From: Camelus dromedarius
Taxonomy: Eukaryota
Assembly (NCBI RefSeq): GCF_036321535.1
Contig: NC_087447.1
Coordinates: forward strand, 35,466,001-35,530,000
Length of the DNA stretch: 64,000 bases
Reading direction: 5' to 3'
Shown here: in pieces, positions 36,531 through 49,279 of the stretch
Layout: each line of letters starts with the position of its first letter
Position numbering within the stretch: the first letter of the stretch is position 1
Position numbers and translations under genes: made by a program
Notes under the pieces: model-generated
Databases searched by the model: none
What the model saw: only the letters and a program-made list of their open reading frames with translations
What the model was told of the DNA's origin: nothing

Positions 36531-39378
36531 CTGCTGAAGCATGAAAGGACCTTGCACAACGACTGGAATGACAGCTAGTCAGGCAGGAGCATAGTGAGCC
36601 ATTGTGGGCTGATGTTCTGCTGCCTCCTAGAAATCCTCCTTTTGCCACATGTCTTCCTAGCACTGTGCCTGGTGTATAATAGGTGCCTCATGAATGTTTG
36701 CTGAATGAACGCATGAATGGATGAAACAATAAATGGATGAATGGCAATTCTGAAAGCTCATTTTGTTTCTTATATAATAACATAAGTTACCTTGGAATGA
36801 TTCATAGTTCCAAGCAGCCTTTTCTTCCAGCTCCTCTTATCTTTCTGTTGTTTTGGGTTTCCTCGCTCTATTTAGTATGTCTTCACACGTGTCCTGCCTT
36901 TCCCTCACAGCCATGGGGTGTCTTCCTGCCTCAAAGAGAGCAAAAGCTGAGCTGCCCTATTATCCTCTTAGTGGCTGCCTTGAGCATGAAGTTTGAAATA
37001 GCGTCAGTGATTTGATTTTTTCCTCTGGGGATCTGGCAATTGAAAATAAATGTAGAAAGGGCCCCAAAGGAGGTTTCTCTTGGGGGCATGAGAGATGACA
37101 GCACCAGTTATTGGTGCACTTTGACAATGCAGAGTTATATAAGTGGATGAAAAATAGAGGCTATTCCGCCAGAGTCAGCTTGCCTTACTTAAGCGCTTTT
37201 ATATTCACAAAAGTGGGTGGCCCAGAGTGGTTCTGTAACTCTGACTATTTGCGAATTCCTACTTCATGGCATAGAGAAATAGAATTCTATAGATTGAGCT
37301 TCAACAAATGTTAATTCAGACAGTGAATCTGTGCTGGGTACTTTCACATTGCATTTAATAACTAAAATATAAACAGTATCCTGTTTCTAAAGAATCAATT
37401 TCTGACCTAACAATTCTGATAAGAGTAGCACAATGCTGCAGAACCTGAAATAGGTGAGAATAGCCTACGTGTCAGTATACCTTGGTCCAGAAAAAATTCC
37501 AAGCCAATTTGGATCCCAGCTAGCTTTTCTAGATTTAGCCTTCTGGGTCTTTTCTTTCTGTTCTAGCTTCTGGACTAAAGAGTAGGCCTAATTCACAATG
37601 AGTTTGAAGGGCAGTCTTGTCTGACAGTGATAAAACTGAGTAAATGATCTGTGGTCCTTGTTTGTTTTTCATTGGTTGGTCCATTCATTCATTCATTCAC
37701 TCATAAAACATTTGTTGAATGACTGCTCTCTGTAGGCCACCACAGATATAGAGACAGGTTTTTATAGCCCTGTCCTCACAAAGCTTGCAGTGTCTGGGTA
37801 AGACAGATAGCAGTATGACATACAAGATGAGGGGGGAGTGTGGGGTGGGCACCTGATGCAACAGTGATGGTCGGAGGAGGCATCCTAGGAGAAGGTGAAC
37901 CTTAGAGGTCCACCAGGAGTCAGCTCTCGGTGATGACTCTCAAAGGCAAGTCCCTCATCCCTCCCTGAGGACGGGGCTGGCTGTAGTCCATTCAGTAAGT
38001 ACTCAGGGTAATCTTGTCCATGTTCCCCACCACAGTAAGAGTAGGACTATTTAAGAAGGATAATCAGGAGGTAATTAAGAGTCCTGCCGCCTTGTTCCTT
38101 TAGGTTTTGTGTGGGGTTTGGAGTTCTTGAAGACTGATTTTTGGAGGCAGAGTATAGCTGAAGCTAATGGCTAGTGGAGAATTTTATAGTCAGATCTCCA
38201 CTTGAGATTTCTACTAGAGTTGGGGAAATCAGGTGGTTGGAGATCTTCCTCGACGATGTATGTAGTTATTGTGTGATCCTGAAACCATAAGGTGGAAGAG
38301 GGCCCTTTGGCAAGTGCAGTGAGGGGTTTTGGAGCTGGGCTCTGAGGGTTATGCGTGTCCTTAGGATGAAAAATGAGCACTGTGACACTGAGAATGCCTC
38401 AAGAAAGGAGTCCCTTTTAAACTTGCTGATGACCTGCACAGTCATCAAGTCTGAGCCCTCCTTCTCCCACCTCCCCCCACCCCGCCTCCCCCTGTCCCCC
38501 TGTCCCCTCCATTGCTAAGAAAACGGGCAATTGAGATACAGTCCTTACATGGTGAGTGATGTAACCATGCAAGCAGAGATGAATAATTCTGCAGTGTGGA
38601 GTAGAATCCCATGTTAGAGGAGCAAGTGGTGACTCATCTGGGGGAATGGAACACACAGAACCCAGGGCTTAGGATGTTTCAGAGCCCTGCTGGCTGAATG
38701 AGACTTTCTCAGTTGGATGGTCACCAAGCCAGAAGCTGGTCTTCTCCCTGGATTTGGAAGTAAGGACAAGATTTGTTTAGTCTATGTTGCTTCCAGTCTG
38801 TGCTTCTCCCCTTCTTCTCTTTCTGCCCCATGGGACTGACTCTGTGTGGGTCTATGATCCCAAAGGTTGTGGCCCTGTCCCATCTCTGTCTTGCTTGTAG
38901 GCTTGGGTGACATTCCTTTGAGTATCATCTTATCTGTGGGATTCCAACAGAGACTGAAGTCCGCTGGTAGATGAGGACCAATCAGGAGACGGGTGGGGCT
39001 GGGAGGGGTGCTGTGGTTTCAGGGGTGACCTCTTTGCTGATTTTAGAGCTCTGTTTAGTGCTTGCTGGCCACCTGCCAGTACAAAAGGAGCTCTGAATTC
39101 ACTAATGCTTGGTTCATGGTTAGACTTCCATGCATAATTAGTATTTTTAAAGTCATTTTATCTAAAGACTTCAAATTTAGAGACTCTGAGTACTTAGAGA
39201 TATTTTATGGATCGCAGCTGAGTTTAGAAGGATCTTGCAGCATCTCCCCATAGCCCTTACTACTGGCCAGCTGCTTCTAGTCACATTCAGCAAAGTCCTG
39301 TGACAGACTCATTCTTCTTCCAGCTTCTTGCAGATGTCATGCTCCAGGTTGGCTAGATCTTTCTAAGGAGCCGTAGAA

Positions 39379-39525
39379 CAGTGTTTCTCAAACAGCAGTG
39401 TGCGTGCAAATCACTTAGGGATCTTGTTAAAATGCAGATTCCGGTGTAGGTCTGGTCTGCAGCTCTAACAAGCTCCCAGGTGGTGCTGGTGCTGTGGTCT
39501 GAGAACTGCCCTTTGGGTAGCAAGG
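39379..39525. mobile_element. MER5A-family DNA transposon
   Basis: cagtgtttctcaaac...aatcacttagggatcttgttaaaatgcagattc...ctaacaagctcccaggtg...tttgggtagcaagg. Confidence 0.8.
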
Positions 39526-41204
39526 AAATTGCTGAGTGTCAGGCATGTAAGGGGCCTTAGGGATGGATTACTAAATTTAAGCCGGTGACTGTATGAAGGA
39601 GGATACAGAGGCCCAGATAAGGAGAGTGGCTTGCTGAGGTCACACAGCAAGTTAGTGGAAAAGACCAGGACTAAATCTCAGGTCATCACTTTCCCTTCGT
39701 GTTGTATATACTCCTCATCTGCTGACCTGGAAAGAAGTAGAAATGAAGAATTAAAGAAGTAGAAATAAAGTTTTCTATTTGCATGATCAGGCTTAGAGCA
39801 ACCTCATAGAGCCAAAATCTGATATGCTATAATTTAGGCTCACCTGGTTTACTTTTCTCTTAGGTTTTAGTGAGACATTTTTCTGTGATAACCTAAGGAT
39901 CTTAAACAGAGCCTCCCTCACACCACTCTTGGTGTTCAGCAGTGCTTGTTGAACAGAACTTGAATCTCTTCCACGTAGGAACCAGAAGGTGCCAGATGGC
40001 CCCAACTGAGTGTTTAGACTGAGCTAACTCTCAGATTCCAGGAGCAAAAGGGAGGGATAGGACCCTGAGTCAGTCATCAGACTTCAGAACTTGCTTAGCA
40101 TGTTGGCTCTTAGCAGCCAGTGACAAAGGGGACATACTGGGAATGGGGTAGGTAGGTTTGACCCAGAGATGCCACCAAGGGCCTGGAGTTGTGGGAAGAG
40201 CATGGCAGGCAGAGAACAGGGCAACAGCAACCGTACTTTTGCCCATCAAGGAGGTCCTGTGAGTGGGGAGGGGACATAGGAGCACATAGTTTGCAGTCAT
40301 CTAGGCAAGTGGGCAAACTTCATTCTATAAATATTTATTGCATACTTACATCATGCCAGAAGCTGAGCTGCACACCGGGGGATATGGAGATGAATTCCTT
40401 GGCGCTCTGATTTTGGGAGGCTCCCGGGTAGATTCTGTATCACGACAATCTCTTGGAGTAATAGCAAGGCGGGTCTCTGGTTTTGGTGGAATCGTTTACC
40501 AGGTGGGGATTAAGATAGAGGAAACAATTCAGGGTCACACTTGCTGGATCCCTGGCATGAAGCAGGGAGGGCATGGTTTCTGGAGTAATGCTCAGTGATG
40601 AAAACCAAGGAGAAGGTCAGAACAGGAATGGCAGTAAGTGCCCTGAGCTTACTTCAGAGCTGCTAATCTCAGATACTTTAAACCTTTCCTAACTGAGGAC
40701 AGGACTGGCTGGTCACGGCTAGGCTGGGGCTGCACCTGCATGTAAAATCAGGACTTGGCTAGGCAGGACTCAGAGCCAGGTACTCTGATGGCAGAAGGAC
40801 ATAGCCATGCAGGCTTACCATCTGCTTACCTGCTTACCCTTCCCAACTTTTGCTTCGTTGGTTATAAGAATCACCTTATTCTGTGGTTATGGAGAGTAAG
40901 ATTCTGGAAGCTTCTCAGGGTCAGCAGAGGTGCCAAGAGGCCTCTGTCCCCATCATCATTTATACTAACATCTCCTCAGGTTGAGATGTCATTAAATGTC
41001 TCCTGATGGAGGTGAGTGACTCATGTTTCCATGAGGGGAAAACTGGGTGCATGGGTGTATGGCTTGAGACCACAGACCAGGCTGCATTTGAAGTTGACAT
41101 CTAGTGACTAAGCTGGAAGAGGTGCAGTGTTGGTAATGATGGTGACAATCGAGGGGGAGCAATGCCTGGCACCTGCTAGACCCTCTGTAAATATTTGTTA
41201 ACTA

Positions 41205-41395
41205 CATAGGTGGTGACAAAGTGCTTTACAGTTCGCAAAAGCACTTCCAAATACATTCTTTCCCCGGACTCTGCGAGATAGACAGAGCATTGTCCCCATT
41301 TAATACTGTGGAAGCCGAGGCTCAGGGTGTTACATATTTTGCCCAAGATCACACAGCTGGTAAACGGCCTAGCTGACACTAGAACTCAGGACTCC
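41205..41395 (-). mobile_element. MIR SINE
   Basis: gtgctttacagttcgcaaaagcacttc...ccccatttt...gaggctcag...gcccaagatcacacagctggtaa. Confidence 0.75.
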
Positions 41396-44300
41396 GGAGT
41401 CTCTTTCTGATGTTCTGTCTTTGAAGACACGTCTGAAGATGCACATGGATGCTGCTAGGGAGCTTTCTATTGTACATTCAATTTTCGGTACTTATTAAAC
41501 AGATATGGTTTTTTAATGCAAAACATTTTTTTTAAAGGAAATGTGCCTCTCTGTGTGCATTTTTACCAAATTGAGCCCTTGGGTATATTTATTTTTAATA
41601 AGGAAGAAACACTTGGGTCTGGAACAGCTGAACCAAGCACCATTGCTGCCTACTCATTAGCTCTGTCTAATTAGATTGAAGCCAGGGAAGCAAGCAGCAG
41701 AGGCAACCATTTTGCTGTAGCAGGAATGGTCATGTATGGCCATGAATGCTTCCTCCCTTCCTCCCCCTCCGGAAGGCCCTTAGGATGTAGCTCCTTTCAC
41801 AGGATAGTAGGATATGTCTGTCACAGACAGAGAGATAGAGATTGAGGGATTGAGAGAGAGACTGACAGAGACCCCAGAGACTTGGTGAGTCATTGCATCT
41901 TTCTGTTGGTGCCCAGACATGGAGGGCAAAGAGGCTATTGTTTTTTCTTTAAGTACTAGCTAGATACAATCCATTTCTCTGAAGTACTTGGAGGACCTTG
42001 GGTTCCTGTAAATAGCTTAAAAAAAAAAAAAAAAAGATACACCTGAAAGGTTTTGTCCCTGAAACTTGGGCCCCAAGTTTGCATGTGAGTAGAAAAGTGC
42101 TGGCCTGGATCCCAGGCCCGTTGTCAATGGTTTTGTCCCATCATCAGGGGTAACTCTGACCTCTGGGCCTGCTTACTTGGGTCAAAGCATTCAGCTGGAA
42201 TTTTCCATATTCATGCTCCTCTGTTGTTACACAAATAGTAAGGTGGCAAATGAGGAAAGAATGTGATGGAGCAAACTCCCAGACCCACATTTTACACGAG
42301 GGAGCCTTAGGGAGTGCCAGGGCCAGTGGCCGGTTTTCTGAGACTAGTTTCTCCCTAGCTCCTTGAGTTGGCTTGCTTCATCTCCCCCTCCCTCCACCCC
42401 CACTTCTGTTCCCTGTGCCCCAACCCAAATCCACCCCCCTCATTGCCCTGTGTTCGCCCCTACTCTTACCCCCTTTTCCCACCTTCCACACAGCTGCCAG
42501 AGTGCCTATGCCCTTCATTCCCTGCTCAGAACCCTGCAGTGGCTGTCCAGTGTCTCCCAGGAGAGGTCTGTTCTCCTTGGCGGGGCACACAGGGAATTAT
42601 CGGCTCTTTCTGATCTCTTCAACCTGGATGTTACCACCTCTCCTTTGGACAGACCCTGCTTGTAGCCAGATATGCATTTCCTAGACACATCAGATTCTCT
42701 CTCCTGCCTCTGTGCCTTTGCAGTGGCTATTCCTTTGGCCAGATTTTAGTTCTTTAGATTTTAATTCACATGTTGCCTGCTTCCTCCATGAGATTTTCTA
42801 TGTATGCCCATGCAAATTTAGGTATTTTCTCTCTCCTTCCTGCTCTTAGTAATTCAGGTATATTCTTGCTCTATTTTTTTTTTTTACTACATAATTTTGT
42901 AGTAATTTCTTTGAATGTTTATCCCCTTTCTTACCCCATATTCATCAAGCATTTGCTTATGCATTTGATTTTTGGTAATTTTTAAACAGGTATTTTTTAA
43001 TGCAAAACATTTTTTTAAAAGGAGGTGTGCCTCTCTGTGTGTATTTTTACCAAATTGAACTGAGCCCTTGGGTCTCTTTATAATATAAATATATAAATAC
43101 AAAGGTCTGCTTTGTACTACTACTACTACCTAACCATTGTTGAGTTCTGACTCTAAATTAGGTGTTGGGCTAAGTAAGGGCTTTATAATCATTCACTCAT
43201 TTCCTTCCTCATCCTTGGGCATAGAGCTTATTATTATCTTCACTCTACAGACTAGGAAATTGCAGCTTAGAGAGTTTAAGTGACTGGCAAGATCCCAGAG
43301 CTCGTAGTTGGTAGACCTGGGGTTTGTGCCAGGCACTATGCTAGATGCCATAGATATAATGTTCAATATGACATCGTCTCTTCCCTCAAGGTGCTTGTGG
43401 TCCAGTAGGTGAGACAAGGCAGTGTCAGTCCAGGATGCTGCGTCCCATGATGGAAGGTGGCGGGAGGTTCAGGGTGCTTTGGGATGAGGGGAGGACAGAC
43501 TGGGGCTGTGCACACAGCCACCTCTGTGTCCCCAGCACCCAGCACTGTGTTCCCCCTGTGACCAGGGCTCCCCATCTCAGTCATCTTTTGTTCCACTTTC
43601 TGTATTGTATCTATCCTTCTGCAGTGCCTTCCTCTCCAGCAAGTCTAGAGCGTGTGCTGCCTACACCCTGGTCCAGGCCCCATTCACATAAACCACTCCA
43701 AGTGTGTAAGGATGTGCGTTAGAGTGGGAAGGCTTCTGAAGTACCAGGAGTCTCTGGAGATTGCCTGTGCTCAGCTCATTTGTCATTTCCTAGGCTTCCT
43801 GGAGCATTTCCATCCTAGGAAAATTTTTCTTGGCCTCAAGACAGAACTTCTAAGAACATGTCCCGGGATTGGGCCCTCTGGCACCGTGTCCCTCTTACCC
43901 TACCAGCTCAGATCAGCCTCTGCCATGCGCTAGATTCTTGTAGATCAGAGAGCTCTGAGGCATGGCCCCTGTTCTCCAGGGGCTCAGGATCCAGGAGCCC
44001 AAACTAGGTTAGGGGCAGAAGCCTTTGTGGGCCTGGAGGGTGATCCCTAGGCCTGTGGCAGGGTTGGACCATTAGACAGGAATCAGCTGTCAGGGGGGAA
44101 GATTGTATGGGCAGGGAAACAGGCCTACCTTGTAGATGAGTCAGCTGGGGTGCAGCTGGAGGTGGAGTGAGGAGGAATGTGAAAGAGCTGGCCTGAGAAC
44201 ATTACCTACATTTCTCCCTGTTGGGGTAACCTCCACGTGGAAGTTAATGTCAAATGAGGCAGAGGCTCCAAAGGATAACGGTTTTGATCTGAAATCAAAA

Positions 44301-46539
44301 GAGGTAAGCCCAGTGCCCAGACAGGAAAACATTCTAATTTTTCTGGGACACAAAGAAAAAGAATAAACGATTGGGGAGCAAAATATAAGGAGCCCCACCT
44401 GTGTGTCTTGTTCCAGATTATTATGTAATAGCATGTATATTAGTTAATTTCACAAGAACCCCACAAATCTGTATTTATCAATGGGGAAACTGAGTGCAGA
44501 AGTTGTACAGCAAGTAAATGAGAGCAGGTTTTGAAGCCAGGTGATTTCTGAGCTTCACCTCAGCTTGCTGCTTTTTCCCAGGGGATTGAAAAAAATACCC
44601 CCAGAAGATACAATTGAGTAAACTTGAAGTACCACACAGGAAGCCCAAAACTGGCCAGTGTGAAAATGCCAACCAAGGAGCAAAAAGTTGTTAATGAGAT
44701 CTTTGCCACCATGAGCTGTGTTATACCTAGAAATAAAATCCTCTGTTTTCTGCAAAAAGTTAGGTTCTTTTTACTTTCTCTTCCTAGGGTTCTCCAAAAG
44801 CTCTGGGTATGACCCTTTGGTCTCTGAGAGAGCCTTCTATCTCTCCCTGTCTGTTGGCGTCTTGATGAATAACCCCAAGACAATTTAGACTGGCCTGCCA
44901 GAGCCCTCTCTGGAAGTGTGTGTGATCTGTCTTACTGCCAGAGCTCATTTGGGCTCGTTTAATAATTGAAGGCTAACGTTAAACGTTTTGCAGTTCGTCC
45001 TTCGCAGACGGGAGCAGTTTTCTGTGTGTAAGTGATATGCCCTGTCTCCCAAGGACGCTGTGTTTCCTGAAGTGTGGCTAAGTCAGCACGTTCAGACGTG
45101 GCCACTGGGTCACTTCGGTATCATGAAGTCCTCTTTTTGAGAGAGCTCTCTCCTGTTTCACCTTTGCAAGCAAGTGTGGGAGGCTCCGTGGCTGGGGCTG
45201 GAGACCACTTTCCCAGGAATTTGGACTGAGGAAGGTGGGCTGCAGTAGACGTGCTCAGCCTCTTCCCGTTGTTCAGGGGAGTTGGTGCATTTTTTCACTT
45301 TAACACAAAAAGACCGGCCATTGCATCTGTTTACCCTGAACTGCTCATTTCAGGATGGTTCTAATTGTGGTTTCCCCAAGCTGTGTGTTCTTTCTTGCAC
45401 CCAGGCTTCTCTGCCTTCCTCACCTTTCCCCACATGCTGCTGACCTCTGTTCCTCTTTCTGGCTCAGTCAGGTCTGGCTGTCCCCGGGGTCTGTGGTGAG
45501 GGGTCTTTCTCTGCATCTCCACAGCATTTTGTGTCTCCCTCTTTCTTAGCACTCATCCCCTTGTGTGGGAGTTACCTTCTACTTGCCTTCCCCTGGTGGA
45601 CTGAGAGCTCTTTGGGGATGATGGAATCATAAATAAATGAACAAATTGAGGTTGTTTGTAAATTCTGCTGCTGGAAAAATGACAATAATAATTAAGGAAG
45701 AAAACTGATGTTTATTAAGGACCTCTTCTGCCCAGGCACTGGGCTAGATGTGCTATCTCATTTAATTTTCACAATGGCCTTGGATGGTGGATGTTAGAGG
45801 TTACGAAGAAATCAAGCTTCCTGCAGTCTTTCATTGTGATCCTTCCGGTTTTGGACTGACTCATCATAAATGACCTGCTTTATAATTTAATAACGAGTAC
45901 TTCTGAAACTTAAAAAAGCTTTCTTTTAATTTTGCAGTTTCACAGTTTAGCATTGCGTGTAATAATGTATCAGATGACTGTCAAAATGCAGAACCAACTC
46001 TTTTGCTGGAAATAATTACACTTTGCCAACCACGTTTATTTTGAGCAGCTCCAGTGCGTTAATGTAGTGAGCTATAAATTGAGCCTGTGATGTATAGATT
46101 GTGGGGGGGGATAGGAATGGCAGTAAAACCAAGGGCAGATCCACTGGATGGGTGGTAAAAAGGGGAATAGAACATGTCCCTTTCTTAAGTACATTCCCCT
46201 GAAGATGAGTTTGTAATTTGACAAGTTAGACAGCTGGAAAAATTAGGAGCTGCTTTGCTGGAGAAGCTGGCCTGATTCTTCAGACTTGCACTTGTAAAAT
46301 GAAACCATTGGTTCTCTTGATGAGTCTCTGGTCAAAGTGCTTGTTTCTCAAGCTGTAGGCAGTTGAGGACCTGCATACATGGACTTGCCCTCAGCCAAGC
46401 CATGTCCACTGTCTTGTAGGCCTGGTTGCTGTTGGTACTAATCTCATGTTCCCTACCGCCTGCTCGTTATTGCCTCCCAGATGGGTCCCTGCCCCTCTCC
46501 AAGTTGACCTGTCTAAAGCAACACTCAGCCTGGCAGAGT

Positions 46540-46667
46540 GGAAGTTGGAGTTGGACAGATTTGTGTTTGAATTCACGTTTCCACTGCTAACTAAAAACCG
46601 TGTTATTTAAGGAAAGTAGCCTTACCTCTCTGAGCCTCAGTTTCCTCATCTAGAAAATGGAGGTAAT
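46540..46667 (+). mobile_element. MIR SINE, 5' part (interrupted by L2; continues at about 47143-47195)
   Basis: cctctctgagcctcagtttcctcatctagaaaatggaggtaat; the MIR resumes at cagggttgtgaggattaaatga. Confidence 0.75.
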
Positions 46668-47142
46668 CCATTGAACAGTTGTTTATTGAGTACCTGTTAT
46701 GTGCCAACCACTGTTCAAAGCGTTTGGGAAATAGACAGAAATCCTTGTCTTGGTGAAATTTACATTTTAGTGAGGGGAGACACATGTTAAACTGAAGACA
46801 TAACAAATAAGAAGATCATATCATATGTTAGGATGTAACAGGTGTAATAAAAAGAACAAAAGAGAGAGAGCAGAGTAAGGGACTTTGGAAATTCTGGAGC
46901 AAAGCTGGGACAAGTGTGGGTTGCAGTCTTCAGTAGGCCTCGTTGACGTGGTGATGCTTGAGCAAAGATGTGGAGTTGGTGAGGGGGTGGCCATGCAGGT
47001 ATCTGGTGAAGAGTGTCCCAGTGCAAAGGCCCGAAAGTGGGACCAGGCCTGCCATGTCCGAGAAGTAGCAAGGAAGCTAGTGTCCCTCAAGCAGAGTGAG
47101 CGTGGGTGAGAATAAGTGAAGCTGAGGACAGGGGTCGTGGCA
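46668..47142 (-). mobile_element. L2 3' fragment inserted into a MIR
   Basis: cattgaacagttgtttattgagtacctgttatgtgcc...atccttgtcttggtgaaatttacattttagtgagggga...gcaaaggcccgaaagtgggaccaggcctg. Confidence 0.8.
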
Positions 47143-48679
47143 GTAATGTCCCCAGGGTTGTGAGGATTAAATGAAGTGGTGTCTGTTAAGCACCTTGCTC
47201 CTCCATCTGACCTCCCACTTTCCCAATGGCGTTGTCACTCTCCTAGCGACCCAGGCTCCAAACTTTAGTGGAACTTTGATGTGTCCCCTCTCTTTGCCCC
47301 CCATTGCCAATCATTTGCTAGATCCTATACCTATGTCTCTCTCATCTGTCCCTTACTTCCTCATTCCCATTGTCCTTCATCTAATCGGTGGCCTCTCACC
47401 TGTCTAATCACAAAAGCCTCCTAACAATTAGATTTGCTGCCTCCAACCTCTCCGTCACCATCCCTCCCCCCGCCCCCTTCTTTCCACACTAGGAGGCAGT
47501 ATTGAGCCACCTCTCTCCTGCTCATGACCCCTCGGCGGCTCAGCAGTGCACTCACTCATTCATTCCTTTGTTCATACGTTCAGCATCTTTTGAGCATCTA
47601 TGAACACTCAGAGTCATTTGAGTTGAGTCTAATAGAGGAAGCAGACTAGAAAATAAATTACATTCCAATTCAGAAGTGTTTGGTGTTTACCCTAGCTTGT
47701 TTCATAAAGGATTTGGAGCTTAGTGATTCATTATGTAATATGATGAGTAACGTGAACAGCTCTCTCTATATGAACAAAGTAAAGTTCAATCTCTCAACCT
47801 GGCATTTAGAATTTCCTCTGCTTAGGCACAGACCTGCCTTTCTATGCCTTCGTCTCCCATATCCAGTGTAAGTGAGTCTGTTGCTTCAACCAAGGGGCTA
47901 ACTTGCGGTTCTACAATACAGCCTTCTCCTTCACACGTCCGTGCCTTTGCCCACACTCTTCCAGCTGCCAGGAGTGCTGGTTTTGCCTAATCCATGTTCT
48001 GCCTACCCTTCTGGACTCAGCTTTAGAGGGTACTTCCTTGCGAAGTCTCCCCTGATCCTTTTGTCCTAAGTGATCTCTCCTTCCTCTGAACTTCCACAGC
48101 ATTTCTCTTGTCACTCACCACTTTCACCTTGGAGTTTAGGTAGGGGTGTATGTTTATCCTTTATTTCCCTTACTGGACTGAATTCCTTGAGGCATGGATC
48201 ATTTTCATCTTTTGCCACCCCTAACACCTGGCACAGAACCTTTTCCATAAGAGGCACTTGATAAATCTTTAAGTGAGAGAATGAATGGATATTTCCCAGG
48301 CCACAACATCTGGGGAGGGATTTCCTTGGCGGTTTTTTCTCTTATGCTGATATGAATGAAGTACTAGCAAGTTTCTGGAGCCCAGGTGTATTGACCCTGC
48401 AGGGAGCTGTGCCGTCTGGTGCTCTAACTCAGAATGCATTTTCTTGTAGCAGCCATGATGTAAATACTCTCTACGAGTACTCCCATCACTGGTTCTAAAT
48501 ATCTGACTTAGAAACACACACTTTTGGAGGCTTGCTCATTCATAAGTTGGGAACTGCTTCTTTTTTGAAGATGCTCCATTTGTACCACCAGGCAGGCAGT
48601 GTCTGCTTAGCCATCCTGTCAATCACTATCCACAGACACTGTGAGATGAAGAAAGGGACACAGACTTAGGTCACACGGA

Positions 48680-48860
48680 GATGACCAGTTCTACCACTTC
48701 TTAGCTGTGTGACTTTCAGCAAGTTACTTTACTGATTTGACCCTCAACTTTCTGATAGGTAAAATCGGGAATAAAAATACCTACCACTAGGCTTTGTGAG
48801 GATGAACAAGGTAACCTGTTTAAAGGACAGTGCTTACTAAGTACTTATAAATGCCATTTA
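48680..48860 (+). mobile_element. MIR SINE
   Basis: ctaccacttcttagctgtgtgactttcagcaagttactt...gtaaaatcgggaataaaaatacctacc. Confidence 0.75.
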
Positions 48861-48932
48861 ACAACAATCAAGACAACAATACATTTATTTCCCTCTTATT
48901 TTGTGCGTCTCTGAAGTTCCTGTTGTCTAGGA

Positions 48933-49279
48933 CAATGTTGCTCAAACAGTATGGTACCTGTGAGTCACCTGGGGGCTTCATTAAAATGCAAAATCTGATT
49001 TAGTAGATCTGGGATGTGACCTGAGACTCTGTCTCTAATATGCCATGCTGCTGATCCAGAGACCATAGTTGGAGTGGCAAGAGGTTAGGGTGGTGGCTTT
49101 CAAACAATGGCCTGTCTCTGAGTAACCTGGAAAGATTGTTGAAATGGATTTCTGGGCCCCACCTCTAATAATGTGTTCATTCAGTAGGTCTAGGGTGGGG
49201 CCTGGGAATTCTCATTTCTAGTAATTCCCCAGGTGATGCCGATGCTGCTAGTTCAGGGACCACGCTTTGAGAACCATTG
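48933..49279. mobile_element. Two adjacent MER5A-family DNA transposons (about 48933-49081 and 49091-49279)
   Basis: gagtcacctgggggcttcattaaaatgcaaaatctgatttagtagatctggg; then ttcagtaggtctagggtggggcctgggaatt...cagggaccacgctttgagaaccattg. Confidence 0.75.
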
